Made by a program: the position numbers and the translations under genes. Below the pieces are notes generated by a model. It was not told the origin of the DNA. It saw only the letters and a program-made list of their open reading frames with translations, and ran no database searches. Shown here one piece after another: positions 25,320-37,294 of a DNA stretch of 64,000 nt; the first letter of the stretch is position 1; every line of letters starts with the position of its first letter. Origin of the DNA: Piromyces finnis finn (Eukaryota > Fungi > Neocallimastigomycota); contig MCFH01000016.1 in assembly GCA_002104945.1 (NCBI GenBank), positions 1-64,000 on the forward strand. The letters run 5' to 3'.

Positions 25320-27304
25320 ATGAAGTCATTATTGCTTATATCTGTTTTAAGTAATTATTAATATAATTTATTTATTTTTTTTGTTAATAAAAATATTATA
25401 TCCCAGATATTAAAAAGTATATTTTTTTTTGTATTTAATATGTATATAAAAAGTAACCACTGTATTAGGTTCCTATTTAAATGGTTTGAATAGAACATTT
25501 GAGGAAATCGATTTAACAATGGTTGATTTATATGTTACTATGCCACCATCCGAAGTCGAAAAATTAATTGAAATGGCCCAAGTAGATTCAAAAATGGTTG
25601 AGAATGGTAACTCTATAAATATTCCGGATTTTAAGTATGAAGATGCTAAAATTATTGCTAAATGGAATGGGTAATTTTTATACATAAAAAATTTTTATTT
25701 TTAAAAACATTTTATTTATTGAATAAACTAATAATCAACTAATTATTATTTTTTATGCTTAATATTTATTTCCCCTCTTTTAAAAATTATTTTCATTAAA
25801 AATCGGCGGTATAATAAATAGTAAAGAAAAAATCTACGAAAAAGTTAGTTTTAAAACTGGTGGCATGTATGCCCGTTCAAAGGATAAAGTAGGTTTTAAT
25901 ATTAAATTAGATAAAAAATTTTTAGGTCGTAAGAATATTAGACTTAGACCGGATGCTAGTGATAAGGGTCACCTTCGTTCTAAATTATCTTGTGATGTTG
26001 CTAATAGAATTGGTTTACCATCTGTTCAAGCTTCCTATGCTAGATTATATATGAATAATGAATTTTGGGGTTTGTATACTTTAATGGATTCAATTAAAAG
26101 TTCTTGGATCAAAGAAACTTTCAACCCATCTGAAAAAGAAATTACTACACTTTTCCAGTGTAAAAGTAATGGTTTTGATTTTAAACCAAATTCAGCAAGC
26201 GTTTGTAATAACGCCAATGATGATTATTTGGATATGACAGAATTCGAAAAATTAGTTGAAGATGTTAATGCTTGTCAAACTATCGAAGAAATTGAAAATT
26301 TAATGGATGTCGATGTTTTACTTAAATACTTTGTAATGGAATGGTTAGTTGGTTCCTTTGATCATTTCCTTTTCAATGGTCATAATCTTATGTTTTATAA
26401 AAAGGAAAGTGATGGTAAATGGATTTTAATAGAATATGACTATGATAACACTTTTGGTGGTGGTTTATCTGGAACTTATTGGAATGATAAAGGTCTTAAT
26501 CAAGATGGTACTGGTGCTGATAGAGGTCTCGACGCCGTTTTATTTACTTTTGCTGATTGGGAAAAGAATCTTCCTATCATAAATATTTTAGTTCATCAGA
26601 ATAAGGAAAGATTCAATAAAGTTCTTCATGAAGTTTTAGTTTCTGCTTTTAATCCATATATTTTGATTCCTCATATCGATGAAATTAAACAATTCCTTGC
26701 TCCTTATGCTGAGGAAGATATTACTCCTTTAAGTGATGGAAGTCTTCCAGGAAGAATTAATCATATTGGTAAACAAAATAGTTATACACTTGCCGAATTT
26801 GAAAGTTTTATAGAGAATAATACTAAGGGTTGGATTAATACAAAATTTGATTTTGTTTGTGAATATTATGGCTTTGATAAGGAAGAGATTCAACGTGAAG
26901 CTATGAATTATATTCCTAAAGGTTATGATTATTCATCTGAAACTAAATTACCAGAATTAATTACTTCTTCCATTACTGAAAAACCAACTCTTACAACAAT
27001 TGAAAATGAATCAAATGCTACTAATAAAGTAGATATTGATAATGTCGTTGATGATACTAAAACTGAAACTGGATCATTTACCATCACTTCAACTACTACA
27101 GTAACTATTGCAAGGACAACAACCTTGTCTAATGTTAGTACTACTGCTTCACCTAATGAAAATGAAAAATGTACTAGTATAACTAAAGCATTTAATCCAT
27201 GCGGTGGTTCTACCGTTCCAGAAGCATCACCATGTTGTGAAGAAGGATATAAATGTTATTATTACAATGAATATTTTGCTATGTGTATTCCGGAGAACTG
27301 GTGA
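25320..27304 (+). CDS. Secreted CotH kinase - Thr-rich linker - CBM1-like domain. Exons 25320-25350, ~25452-25670, 25822-27304
   Basis: Spliced signal peptide MKSLLLISVLITTVLG; CotH motifs (IRLRPDASD, ARLYMNNEFWGLY, DHFLFNGHN, IEYDYDNTFG); C-terminal CGG...CCEEGYKC...NEYFAMC resembles fungal CBM1. Junctions are frame-consistent. Confidence 0.87.
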
Positions 27305-27690
27305 AGAATTATATAAAAAATATCAACATACCATTTAATAATTATAGAGGAATAATGAAAATTTAATCCATTTAATAAATTATAGAGGAATAATAAAAAT
27401 TTAATCCATTTAAACATTTATTATATATTATTAAAAAAAAGTCTCTTTTAAATATTTATTATAAAAATCAATAAATATATATGTATCTTTAAATTTTAGT
27501 ATTTAAAAAATAATAATAAAATAGAAAATAAAATAAAATATAAAACTATAAATTTATAAAAGTAATATATATAAAATTCACTTTTTTGGGAAAAGTAACC
27601 AACCAATTTATATCTTTTTAATTATTAAAATCATTCATATATTAAATAAGCTTTTTAAAAAAATTTTTTTTTAAAAGCTAAAAGCTATCA

Positions 27691-27756
<66 letters not shown>

Positions 27757-27788
27757 TAATATATATAAAAAAAAAAGGATTATAAATA

Positions 27789-28877
27789 ATGGGAAATGTT
27801 GTTGCAATTATAATAGCGATATATTTAATAACATTTATATTTCTTAATTATGCTTATTATATTTTAAAGAAATATTATAAACATATAAAATACAAAGATA
27901 ACGAAACAGGAAATGAAGTTGATATTCAATATAAATTTGCACCTTTAGTTCCAATAGACCATCTTCACTATATTGAATTTGTTGGTATTGGAACATTATT
28001 ATTTCCAATTCGACTTCCTTTTGTCTTACTATCCTATTTCTTACTTAAACTGAATTTAAAACTATTAAAATTAATCTATAAAAATCATGAAAAAAATCAA
28101 TTACACCGAAAAAAATTTGAAAAAGCAACCCATTTCTGGCTAGGAATTTATTTTTTTATAAATAATATTTCCATAGAAAAACGTACCATTCCATTTGAAA
28201 AAATATATAAAAAGTATTTAGGAGAAGATTATGATTTTTCTCAAGAAGATTTTTCTTTATATATAAGTAATCATTTAGGTTACTTAGAAATAGCAGCGTA
28301 TATGAAGGAATATGGTGTAAGTTATTTAATAACTTATGAACTTGTTAGAGCACCTGCTGTTGGTGCAGCTTTAAAAGAACTAGGATCTTTCTTTGTTAAT
28401 AGAGAAAGTAAAGAAAGTAGGGAAGATGTATTAGAGACACTAAAAAAACGTCAACAAGAATTTTATAATAAAAAAAGTTTCATTAGAACTTTAGTATTTC
28501 CTGAAGGAACCACAACCAATGGAAAATATTTGGCGTCATTTAAAAGAGGAACTTTTATTTCTTTATTACCCTTAAAACCATTAATAGTTTTACCCTATGA
28601 TGAATTTCCTTGCTCTACTAATCGTTTTTATTTCTTTATAAGAACAATTTGTACTTTTAGTATAAAAATACCCTATGCTGAATTACCGATTATTAAACCA
28701 ACACCATTTTTATTTGAAAAATATAAAATGCTTGGTAAAGAACAATGGGAAATTTACGCTAATGTTGTTAATAAAATTTATGCAGAAATTGGTGGATTTA
28801 AAGAAACAAATATAAAATTTAGAGATAGAGTAATGTATTATCAAATTGCTGAAGATGGATTTTACAAAAGTAAATAA
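27789..28877 (+). CDS. Lysophospholipid acyltransferase (PlsC/LPCAT-like)
   Basis: N-terminal hydrophobic segments, SNHLGYLE (motif I), FFVNR, VFPEGTTTNG, FKRGTF, LKP. Confidence 0.85.
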   Translation: MGNVVAIIIAIYLITFIFLNYAYYILKKYYKHIKYKDNETGNEVDIQYKFAPLVPIDHLHYIEFVGIGTLLFPIRLPFVLLSYFLLKLNLKLLKLIYKNHEKNQLHRKKFEKATHFWLGIYFFINNISIEKRTIPFEKIYKKYLGEDYDFSQEDFSLYISNHLGYLEIAAYMKEYGVSYLITYELVRAPAVGAALKELGSFFVNRESKESREDVLETLKKRQQEFYNKKSFIRTLVFPEGTTTNGKYLASFKRGTFISLLPLKPLIVLPYDEFPCSTNRFYFFIRTICTFSIKIPYAELPIIKPTPFLFEKYKMLGKEQWEIYANVVNKIYAEIGGFKETNIKFRDRVMYYQIAEDGFYKSK

Positions 28878-28919
28878 GTAAATTTTTTTTTTTTATATAT
28901 ATATATATGAAAAATAAAT

Positions 28920-28956
<37 letters not shown>

Positions 28957-29644
28957 AAGAAAAAAATTTAAATGAAAATATGTTATTTTGTATGTTAGAA
29001 ATTATTGATTAAAAACAAATAAAGGTATTATGATATTTTGAGAGTCTGCTATTGACTCTCAAATAAAATGGTAAAGTAATATATGAGTTATTCAATAAAA
29101 ATCATTATTTTTTTTTAAGTGTCATGATCGAAGGTTGACTTATCTTTAATTTCTTTACAATAATTTTTTTTTTTTTTTTTTTAGTTTATTATAATTATTA
29201 TTTTTTTCCCTATAATTGATGTTCCATTAATTTTGAAAATATTATAAATATAATTTGTTATTTTAAATATTTATCGTATTCTTTGATATGGGCATAAAGT
29301 TTATATATAAAATATCAAATATAGTTATAAATACTAGGATAGAGAATAATAAATGAAAATAAATATGAAATTGTATAATTTAAATAAGATCTTTTCCAAA
29401 CTTTTTTTTATTATTTTATATTTAGATTTTAAAAACTTTTTTTTTTTTTTTTTAAATTAGTGTTTTTTTTTTTAATTGGTTAGTTATTAATAAAGTTTTT
29501 AATTAAAATTTTAATAAAAAAGGTGGAAAAAATATTATTCACGTTTATTAAAGGTTACTTTTATTTAAAAAAAAAAGAGCAAATTTAAAAGCAAAATAAA
29601 TAAATAAAAAAAAATCTATAAATAAATAAATAAATAGAAAAAAA

Positions 29645-30262
29645 ATGATAGAGTTTGATATTAAAAATTTTAAATGGACAAAGGAACTTCCACAAGCTTA
29701 TAATATAGATTCTAATAAAGTTGAAATTGTGACATTACCACATACCGATTTATGGCAAAGAACATATTATCATTTTAGAAATGATAATGCACCTGTACTT
29801 CAAATGGAAACAGACGAAAAATTCTTTTCCTTTACAGTGAAAACTGACTTTACAGAAAGTCATCATCGTTTTGATCAATGTGGTATAGTTATGTATCTTG
29901 ATAGTGATAATTGGTTAAAAGGATCTGTTGAATTTGAAAATGAAAAATTTCAACATTTAGGTAGTGTTGCTACCAATAATGGGTATTCAGATTGGGCAAC
30001 AACTGCTATTTCAGCAGATATAAATGTTATGTGGTATAGATTTAGTCGTAGAAATGATGACTATTGTATAGAGTGCTCACAAGATGGTAAAAACTTTTCT
30101 CAGATGCGTATTTGTCATATGTGGAAGGGCGATGGAACAATTAAATTTGGTATTTATGCCTGTAGTCCTGAAGACTCATCATTTAAAGCTATATTTACAG
30201 ATATGAAGATTGGAGAATGTGAATGGAAGGCCCATGTTGGACAAGCACCAGATGCTGAATGA
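29645..30262 (+). CDS. DUF1349 (concanavalin A-like) protein, bacterial-like, intronless
   Basis: TDLWQRTYYHFRNDNAP, FDQCGIVMYLDSDNWLKGSVE, GSVATNNGYSDWAT, QMRICH, GIYACSPEDSSF match my recollection of Firmicutes DUF1349 proteins. Confidence 0.8.
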   Translation: MIEFDIKNFKWTKELPQAYNIDSNKVEIVTLPHTDLWQRTYYHFRNDNAPVLQMETDEKFFSFTVKTDFTESHHRFDQCGIVMYLDSDNWLKGSVEFENEKFQHLGSVATNNGYSDWATTAISADINVMWYRFSRRNDDYCIECSQDGKNFSQMRICHMWKGDGTIKFGIYACSPEDSSFKAIFTDMKIGECEWKAHVGQAPDAE

Positions 30263-30288
30263 GAGTGAATAATAATCAATAATAATAT

Positions 30289-30350
<62 letters not shown>

Positions 30351-31206
30351 TTTTTTTTTTTTAGAAATATAAATGAAAATATATTATATAATATAAATAG
30401 TATTAATGGTAGTAGGATAAAAGGTATACATATTACTCTTATATTATTAACAAATTACCTTTTATTGAAATAATAAAGTATTATACATACCTAGATATTA
30501 TTATTTTTTAAAAATAATATTATGTAAATACTGTGTTGTGTGAAAAAAAAAAAATAATAATCTTACCTATTATTTTTGTTATTTATTAGAATCCTTTTTT
30601 TACATAATAATTCATTATTGAATTTTAAGCTACAAATGATCATTAACGCTTAATTAATGATTCTATGTTTATCAATAAAAAAAAATAAATTTGATATTAA
30701 AATTGAATATTTTTTATTATTATTTACTTTATTTATTTATTTTTTTTTATTATCAAAATGATGTAATTTAATCAGAAAATATAGAGAATAAAAGTGATGG
30801 TTATTATAATATATAATTTCAAATTTAAAAATAATGTTTTAATAAGAAACAAAATTATAAAATATGCATATATACATAATAATACATCCTACATCATAAT
30901 ATAGATAGAGTATATCTGAAAATAAAAAAAAAAAAAAACCTTTTTTTTATTTGAAGGTTTTTTAAAAGTTTCTATTTATATATATATATATATATTTTTA
31001 AAATTAATGCTTTATTTTAGTCAATAAAATGAAAAAAATACATTTAAAAATAAATAAAAAAATCATCTTTATCTTTATAATTTTTTAAAGTAATTTTTTT
31101 TTTATTTCATAAAAAAATAATTAATAATATATAATATAAAACCTTTATCTATTTTAGAAAAAAAGAAAAATACACACTTTTAAAATTTATACTTCATTTC
31201 ATTTCA

Positions 31207-32772
31207 TTATTGTATTTCAATATCAGTATCATAAATACAAAGATAGGCTCCTACAATAACTTTATTATTTATCATTAATGATTTATTTGACTCTTTGTCT
31301 TTATATAAATCCTCAGTTTTCATAAATTTTGGGAAATCAATAGACCAATGATGATAATCAATATGCTTTATTGAACTTGAAGCTTATTTATATTTTAATA
31401 GTGACAATAATAAAAAGTAAAAGGTAAAAAAAAAGTAGTATAGAGCAAAATATGAAAAAATTAATAAATTAAACTTGATTTCTTTTTTTTTTTTAATACT
31501 TATAATAAAAAAAAACATTACCTTTAGCTTTAATTATTGAGGCATCATTAATGTTTCGTATAAATAATACACAATTAGCATATACATGTTCCTTTTCTTT
31601 GTAATTAAAGGAATAATGAATTTCTAATTTGAGATGAACGAATCCATTATAATCTGGGCATAATCTAATATACCTTTAATATAAATAGGGTAAATATATA
31701 TATATAATTAACTAAAGGTATTTAATAGTTTTATAATAAAATTTATATATAACTTTTTTTTTTTTTTTTTTTTTTAAAAAAAAATTGTAATAAAATACCA
31801 TTCATTTTTTCCACAAGAAAAATCAGGACTATAGTACCATCCATTTTTAAATTCATTCCAATCATCAATTCTCCATTCATAGTATTTTTCCTTGCTTATT
31901 CTATAAGAATCATCGTTTATTATCAAGCTTTTGATTTTTTCACTGGCCTTTTGTTCTTGTATAATGAAATCATTTTTAACATTACATGCAAAATAATATT
32001 ATATATAAATAAAAAGAAAAATTATAATACAAACCTTTTTCATCACATACACGTAAATATAAACCAACAATAATTTTATTATTTTGAATGAAAGGTTTAT
32101 TAAATTCTTTATTCACTTTCAATAAATCTTCTGTCTTTATGAATTTATCGTCAGTAATTTTATCATTCTTCTTATTAATACGCTTGAAATTTTTAGAGGC
32201 TAATATCCATTTATAAAAATTAGTTTTTTTTTTATAATTGAAAAAGAAATAAAAATATATATTTAATATCAAAAGAATAGATACTCATAAATAAAATAAT
32301 AAATTGTGGAATAATGAAAGCATCTGCTTAACTTACATTTAACACAGTAACATGAAAGATCATCACAATGACGAACAGTAAATACATAATTAACAAAGTA
32401 ATTTTTATCGTCTTTTAATTTGAAACATTTTAAGTTTTTCAATTCAAATTTTACATAACCATCTTCATTTGGATATATTGTTAGTTTCCTATTTTTTTTT
32501 TTTTAATATACAAAGAAATGATTATATCAAAGTTAATAATATAAAATACATAAAATAAAAATAATTTTTAAGTATCTATGAAAAATCCTATTGTAGAAAA
32601 GTTAATCATTATTAATTTACCATTCTATTCCACCAATGAGGAAATTTGGGCTTACACTTGAAAAACTTTCAATTTCATTCCAATTTTCAATAGCCCATTC
32701 ATAATAATTTTCTCCTTTATTTTCATAATAATTATCTTCAAGTTTTATTAAATCCTTAATTTCATCAATATA

Positions 32773-32809
<37 letters not shown>

Positions 32810-33416
32810 CAATAGATTTAAGTTATTTAAACATTGAAATTTTTATTATACCATTTTTTTTTGTGTGTGTGTGTGTTTAATAAAATATAGTAATTATTAG
32901 ATAAGATTATAATTTAAATTTGATAAAAATTCTAATATTATTTAATATTTCTGACTTACCTAATTTATCGTTATTATAAACACAAAGGAAAACACCAACT
33001 TTAATTTTGTCATCTTCAACTAAAGGATTAATATAATCTTCATATTCTTTTTCTGATATTTCCAATTTATATCCCGAATGATTACAATTATTAGTATTAT
33101 TAAAACTATAAAGGGAAGAAGCTAATCATGATATATATAAAATAGTATTCAACGATAAAATTATGTAATAAGAAATAATTAACATAATTGACTATCGAAA
33201 TGGTTATAAAAAGTATGGTAGAAATGAAAAAAAATATTTACTTATAGCCTTAAATTTTGAGGTATCTTTATAATTACAAAAAGAAAAGACAGCTTTAATG
33301 CAAATTCTTTCATTATCATTCTTAATTTTTTTATTTTTTAAGTAAAGAGTAAATGAGTCATTGTATGAATAAATTTGTACAACCCTGAATTGTTTTATTA
33401 ACGATATATATTAAAT

Positions 33417-33454
<38 letters not shown>

Positions 33455-33751
33455 AATCAATAATGCTTCGCATAACAATAGATATTTTTAATGTTTATTA
33501 TTAATAATAACCAGTTGTCAATTACCATTCTTGACCACAAAGAGAAAAATCAGGACTACTTATTTCATCATAATTTTTAATGAATTCTCCAAAGTTATCG
33601 ATTTCCCATTCAAAGTAGTCTTCACTTATTATCTCGTAGTCATTGATACTAGAAGAACTCTTTTCCAATAGTTCTTTTTTTAATTTATTGATATATTGCT
33701 CTTTTTTAATTTTATATAAATTAGTATTAAAAATAAATACACATTGTCCAT
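31207..33751 (-). CDS. Multi-exon protein with three MATH (TRAF-like) domains; exon boundaries and start approximate
   Basis: Manual minus-strand translations: EDYFEWEIDNF...SSPDFSLCGQEW (~33520-33620), ENYYEWAIENWNE...VSPNFLIGGIEW (~32620-32710), EKYYEWRIDDWNE...YSPDFSCGKNEW (~31800-31900), and C-terminal strands KIIVGLYLRV and KVIVGAYLCIYDTDIEIQ* (stop at 31207-31209). Confidence 0.75.
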
Positions 33752-34919
33752 TAATTGAAAAAAAAGAATATAAATATAAAATGTATTAACCATTTATCAA
33801 TTATATATATATATATTTTAATATTTATTAAGGTTATAGTTTATATATATAAATTAACATTTCACAATATATGTACTACTATTTTTAATTATAAATAATA
33901 CTTTTCATTTTAAAAATTTAAATATACCTTTTATTTCTGACATGACTTTTTATATAATTGAATAAACTGTTTTTGTTTTATATACAATATTTATATATTT
34001 TAATTTAAATTAATATTTTTTGAAATATCTAAATAAATAATAACCTACATAATTAATGAAAAGTTTTTATATTTTTACAATTCATATAATAGTATAATAA
34101 AAAAAGTTAAGATAGATGAACTAGGAATAGAACAAAAGCAATAAGTATTTTTCAGTGTTAAAATATTAGTATTTTATATTTTATATAAAAGGAATAATAT
34201 TTATTAAAAATAAAAAATAAAAAAAAAAATACCTGCTGCACAGAAAAAAAAAATATATTAAATTTTTTATAGCCATATTAAATTTGTAGAGTTTTTGCGA
34301 TCATGCTTTTATATAATGTAATACAGCGTTGAAATTAAACAGTTTCAATAAATTTATGGGTTAAAGAGGCGATAATAAAAATATTAACATAATCAGTAAA
34401 GTTTATCATAAGAAAAAGCAAAAAAACAAAAATAAAAGAATTATATTCACAAAAGCACCAAGTAGTTTTTTTTTTTTTTTTATTTATTTTATTTTATTTT
34501 ATTTTTCTCTTGTGTGTAAAGTTTATTTGAATTATTCAAAAAATATTCTTTTTTTCTTTTTAAAAATAATTATATATTTGTAGGAAAAGAAAAAAAGATA
34601 TATAAATATTGAAATTTTATATTACTTTCTTTAATAATAATATTAAAATGTTAATATGAATTTGATTATTGATAAAAACGTATTAATTATATTTATGATA
34701 TGATTACCAAAAAAAAAAAAAAAAAGAAAAAAGAAAAAAGAAATAATAAAAAAAGAAGACTGTCGTATTTCATTAATAAAATGTAAATCAATATCTCAAA
34801 ATGCAATTTACTTTTTGCTAATTATTATTATTATTATTTCAATATTTAGTAATTTAAAAAAAAAATTAATGTATTTTAATTTATATTTTTATAATATATT
34901 ATCAACATGTTTTTTTTAA

Positions 34920-36119
34920 TCAATATTGTTGTTGTCCACCATATTGATTGTTTCCATATCCACCTCCATATGGTCCATTTTGTTGCTGTCCACCATATGG
35001 GCCACTTTGTTGTTGATTACCATAACCGTTTCCATTTTGGTTACCATAGCCATTTTGTTGTTGGTTACCGTAACCGTTTCCATTTTGGTTACCATAGCCA
35101 TTTTGTTGTTGGTTACCGTAACCGTTTCCATTTTGATTGCCATATCCATTTTGTTGATTTCCATAACCATTTTGTGGATTACCATAGCCATTTTGTGGGT
35201 TACCATAACCATTTTGTGGATTGCCATATCCGTTTTGTTGATTACCGTATCCATTTCCATTTTGGTTACCATAACCATTTTGTTGGTTACCATATCCATT
35301 TCCATTTTGGTTACCATAACCATTTTGTTGGTTACCATAGCCATTTCCATTTTGATTACCATAACTATTTTGTTGATTACCGTAGGAACCATTGTGTTGG
35401 TTACTTCCATATTGTCCATTATTTCCATTATTACCTCCATATAAGTTTTGTTGACTAGAATAAGATGAATTTGGCTTTGAGTTTGGTTTACTACCACCAG
35501 TTGGCTTGCTACCACCACCAGCTAACATATTTAATAAGCCTGATGATAAACTTTGAGCAATACCACCACCGTTTGGTTTATTTCCCCCTGAACTTTGATT
35601 ATTTCCTTGACTACCACCAACGACTGCTGCTCCTAATAAACTAGTTAAACTACCTAATGCAGAATTTGGTTTACTTGAATTTGAATTTTGTGGTTTTGAA
35701 CCTGGATTAATTAAATTTTGAATGGCCCCCATGGCATTTGGATCGTTTAAAATTGAACCTAAAAATCCAGAATTTGAATTTTGTTGTTGTTGTTGGTATT
35801 GATTATTACCATTACCATTATTATTGTTCTTCTTTACCTTCTTCTTTTTTTTAATACCTGAGACAAGTAATTTAAATGCAGAAGTAAAAATGGTTTTTCC
35901 AATACCACGTTCACCTTGAACTTCAACTTGTTCAACTAAGCCTCTATTTTGAGCTTCATTCATAGTTATTATATTACCGTTGGCATCTTCAATATAATCA
36001 CCATCATCATCTGTAATATATTCATATTCACTTTCATTGTCATTATTATTAAAATTACCTGGTGGTGGATAACCTCCTTGTGGATAACCTCCTTGTGGGT
36101 AACCTGGCATTTGATACAT
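34920..36119 (-). CDS. Low-complexity G/N/Q/Y-rich protein with C-terminal (GYGNQQN / GYGNQNGN)n prion-like domain
   Basis: 399-aa intronless ORF in good AT-rich start context, with coding-like GC content. C-terminal ~170 aa consist of oligopeptide repeats. Confidence 0.75.
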   Translation of the reverse strand: MYQMPGYPQGGYPQGGYPPPGNFNNNDNESEYEYITDDDGDYIEDANGNIITMNEAQNRGLVEQVEVQGERGIGKTIFTSAFKLLVSGIKKKKKVKKNNNNGNGNNQYQQQQQNSNSGFLGSILNDPNAMGAIQNLINPGSKPQNSNSSKPNSALGSLTSLLGAAVVGGSQGNNQSSGGNKPNGGGIAQSLSSGLLNMLAGGGSKPTGGSKPNSKPNSSYSSQQNLYGGNNGNNGQYGSNQHNGSYGNQQNSYGNQNGNGYGNQQNGYGNQNGNGYGNQQNGYGNQNGNGYGNQQNGYGNPQNGYGNPQNGYGNPQNGYGNQQNGYGNQNGNGYGNQQQNGYGNQNGNGYGNQQQNGYGNQNGNGYGNQQQSGPYGGQQQNGPYGGGYGNNQYGGQQQY

Positions 36120-36925
36120 TTTGTTATTTATTTATATAAATGAATTTAAATATAAAGTTTTTTTTTTTTTTGCTTGTCTTTCTTAAAATATGTAAATATA
36201 TATTATTGATATATTATAATAATTAACTATCTCTTTTAATTATTATTTTTATTTTTAAAATAATTTTTTATTTTTTAGTGTTTATGAATTTTCTTTTTTT
36301 TTTAAAAGTCTTTTTTTTTTTAAAAAAAAAAAAGAAATATAAATTTTATTAATTAAAACTTTAAGATTATCTAAATATATATAATTTATTGGCATTTTTG
36401 ACAAAATAATTTATTGAAAAAATGTTATTACATTTTATTACATAATGTATTATTAATTATGGGGAAGGTTTTTTAATAAAAGTTTAAATAATAATAATAA
36501 TAATAATACTTTTTTTTTTTTTTTTTTATAAAAAAAGAAAACTATATTCATTTTATTTGTAATAAAAGTTTAAAAATCCTATTTATCATAATAAATTATG
36601 ATTTCAAATAAAAGTTTTTATGAATAATCCTTTGATTACTTGTTAACAATTATAATATGCATTAATAATATTTTTAATTAAAAAAATTCCTATCTATCAA
36701 TGTATAATAAACAATGTATAAACGGGATGTATTGTAATATCAAAAGTATAAAAAATGATAGTGAATTATTAAATGAACTATACATACGAAAATATTATAA
36801 CATAAACCTTTAAAGCTTTAATATTGTTAATATTTAATTAATATTCAAATAATAAATAAAAAAAATATATAATAATTTTGTTTAATGTATTTATTAATGT
36901 ATATTATAATTATAATTATAATTAC

Positions 36926-36965
<40 letters not shown>

Positions 36966-37294
36966 TTTCTTTTTTCTTTTTTTTTTTTTTTTTTTTTTTT
37001 TTTCTTTTTTCTTTTTTTTTTTTTTATGTAAAAGTATAATAACAATAACAATAATATTTTGCAATAGTTTAAAAGATTTCGTTGAAAAAAAAATTTTTTT
37101 TTGTTGTTAATATAGTTAATATATACTTGATTTTACGACTTGATTTTACAATATTAACAGGAATACGATTAAAAATTGATAAATAATGGATAAAAAGTGT
37201 TTATAAAGTTTTTTTTTAATAATAATAAAAAAATAAAAAAAAAATAAAACAAAAGAATTATTTGTTTTATTTATTAAAAAAATAAAACCTTCTT

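Noticed and set aside
27331-27414. 38-bp tandem duplication in the 3' flank of CotH-CBM1 (similar short duplications at ~17100-17190 and ~1580-1630)
   Set aside because: Ordinary slippage duplications in AT-rich DNA with no sign of function.
34907-35518. Overlapping repetitive ORFs in other frames over the prion-like gene (likewise 38815-39375 over the metacaspase)
   Set aside because: Shadow frames kept open by the tandem repeats of the real gene.
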